64,000 nt of DNA from NCBI GenBank assembly GCA_963763085.1, contig CAVXNB010000003.1:469232-533231 (forward strand), read 5' to 3'. The notes below the pieces were generated by a model. It made no database searches. It worked only from the letters and a program-made list of their open reading frames with translations, and was not told where the DNA came from. Source of the DNA: an uncultured Acidimicrobiaceae bacterium. Its GTDB lineage: Bacteria > Actinomycetota > Acidimicrobiia > Acidimicrobiales > Bog-793. Position 1 is the first letter of the stretch, and each line of letters begins with the position of its first letter. The translations under genes and the position numbers were made by a program. Below, piece by piece: positions 63,250 to 64,000 of this stretch.

Positions 63250-64000
63250 TCACTTGCCGGCCAGCAGGAACTTGGCGGCTTCGGCCTCGATCCCGCTCGC
63301 GTCGAGCCCGTAATGGCGATACAGATGAGTCGGGGGTCCGATGAGGCTGTACTCGTCGCGGATCCCGTGCCGGTGGACAGGCACCGGAACGCCCGAGCTC
63401 GTCACGACCTCGGCGACGGCTCCGCCGAGCCCGCCGATCACGTTGTGCTCCTCCACCGTCATCAGCCGACCGGATTCCTCCGCCGCCTGCAGAACGGCAG
63501 CTTCGTCGAGAGGCTTGATGGTGTGCATGTCGAGCAGACCGACGGAGCGACCAGACTCGCGAAGGCGCGCGACGGCTTCGCGGGCCGGGTGCACCATGGT
63601 TCCGGTGGCGATGATCGTGAGCTCCTGCCCGTGCTCGAACCGGACCGCTTCTCCGACCCGCAGCTCGACGCCCTGTCCATAGACCGCCGGCTCGCGACCG
63701 CGTCCGATGCGGAAGTAGATGGGGCCGTCGACCGATGCGGCCGCGCGGATGAGGGCGGCGAGCGACGCCGCGTCCGCAGGAGCGACGACGGTGAGACCGG
63801 CGATTGAGCGCATGACGGCCAGGTCCTCGGTCGCGTGGTGCGAAGTTCCATAGAAACCGAGCGTGATGCCGGCATGATGCCCGATCAGCCTCACCCGCTG
63901 ATTCGTATAGGCGACGTCGGTTCGGATCTGCTCGCAGCACAGCAGGGCCAGGAAGGATGCAAACGTCGCCACATAGACCTCGAGGCCCGTCGTCGCGAGG
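63250..64000 (-). CDS. transketolase-family protein, C-terminal (pyrimidine-binding plus C-terminal domain) subunit, partial at the right edge
   Basis: ..TFASFLA..IGHHAGITLGFYGTSHHATEDLAVMRSIAGLTVVAPADA..IKPLDE.. is typical of split transketolase subunit B or DXS-like proteins. The reading frame continues past 64000. Confidence 0.8.
   Translation of the reverse strand, partial: LATTGLEVYVATFASFLALLCCEQIRTDVAYTNQRVRLIGHHAGITLGFYGTSHHATEDLAVMRSIAGLTVVAPADAASLAALIRAAASVDGPIYFRIGRGREPAVYGQGVELRVGEAVRFEHGQELTIIATGTMVHPAREAVARLRESGRSVGLLDMHTIKPLDEAAVLQAAEESGRLMTVEEHNVIGGLGGAVAEVVTSSGVPVPVHRHGIRDEYSLIGPPTHLYRHYGLDASGIEAEAAKFLLAGK

Noticed and set aside
62453-63940. 495-aa ORF extending the IclR regulator upstream
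   Set aside because: The N-terminal approx. 235 residues are Arg-rich and overlap the transketolase-family gene (63250..64000) out of frame. A clean IclR protein of the usual 260 aa starts at the ATG at 63235.

Overview
Very GC-rich chromosomal core segment (roughly 70% GC by eye, not computed) from an actinobacterium (Actinomycetota; the class cannot be assigned from this window). I call about 60 protein genes, mostly on the minus strand. Their order matches what I remember from Mycobacterium and Streptomyces. The main blocks are: (1) a lat-pcd lysine-catabolism cluster; (2) an SbcD/SbcC-like (YhaO/YhaN-like) nuclease-ATPase pair; (3) ispG-rip1-dxr-cdsA-frr-pyrH-tsf-rpsB-whiG-xerC; (4) mtrA-mtrB plus a small LpqB-like lipoprotein; (5) rsfS-nadD; (6) a class II DAHP synthase; (7) a MoxR/VWA pair; (8) proA-(unknown)-proB-obg-algH-rpmA-rplU-rne; (9) mrdA-mreD-mreC-mreB; (10) ndk-folC-clpX-clpP-tig; (11) a peptide-type ABC binding protein; (12) an SDR/IclR/transketolase catabolic cluster at the right edge. 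I saw no rRNA, tRNA, CRISPR array, IS element or prophage. Four things stand out. First, an AT-rich nested-palindrome element of about 85 nt occurs three times in intergenic gaps (2599-2685, 30556-30630, 51993-52078); I cannot assign it to a known family. Second, an 841-aa secreted protein has two tandem sets of six 'GYWL..DG.VF.FGDA' repeats plus a Cys-rich C-terminal domain. Third, at least seven or eight housekeeping genes (rplU, proB, folC, rpsB tail, cdsA N-terminus, an Eis-like GNAT, a CoxE-like VWA gene, possibly the left-edge gene) are broken by single-base frame changes in G/C runs. I read that mainly as indel error in the assembly, not biology, and it limits trust in every exact coordinate. 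Fourth, there are several small tandem duplications, and a lipoprotein with an alpha/beta-hydrolase fold lacks both the catalytic Ser and His. Many long Arg/Pro/Gly-rich ORFs in the six-frame track are GC-driven shadow frames and were ignored. All family assignments come from reading the translations and from recalled motifs. No searches were run.
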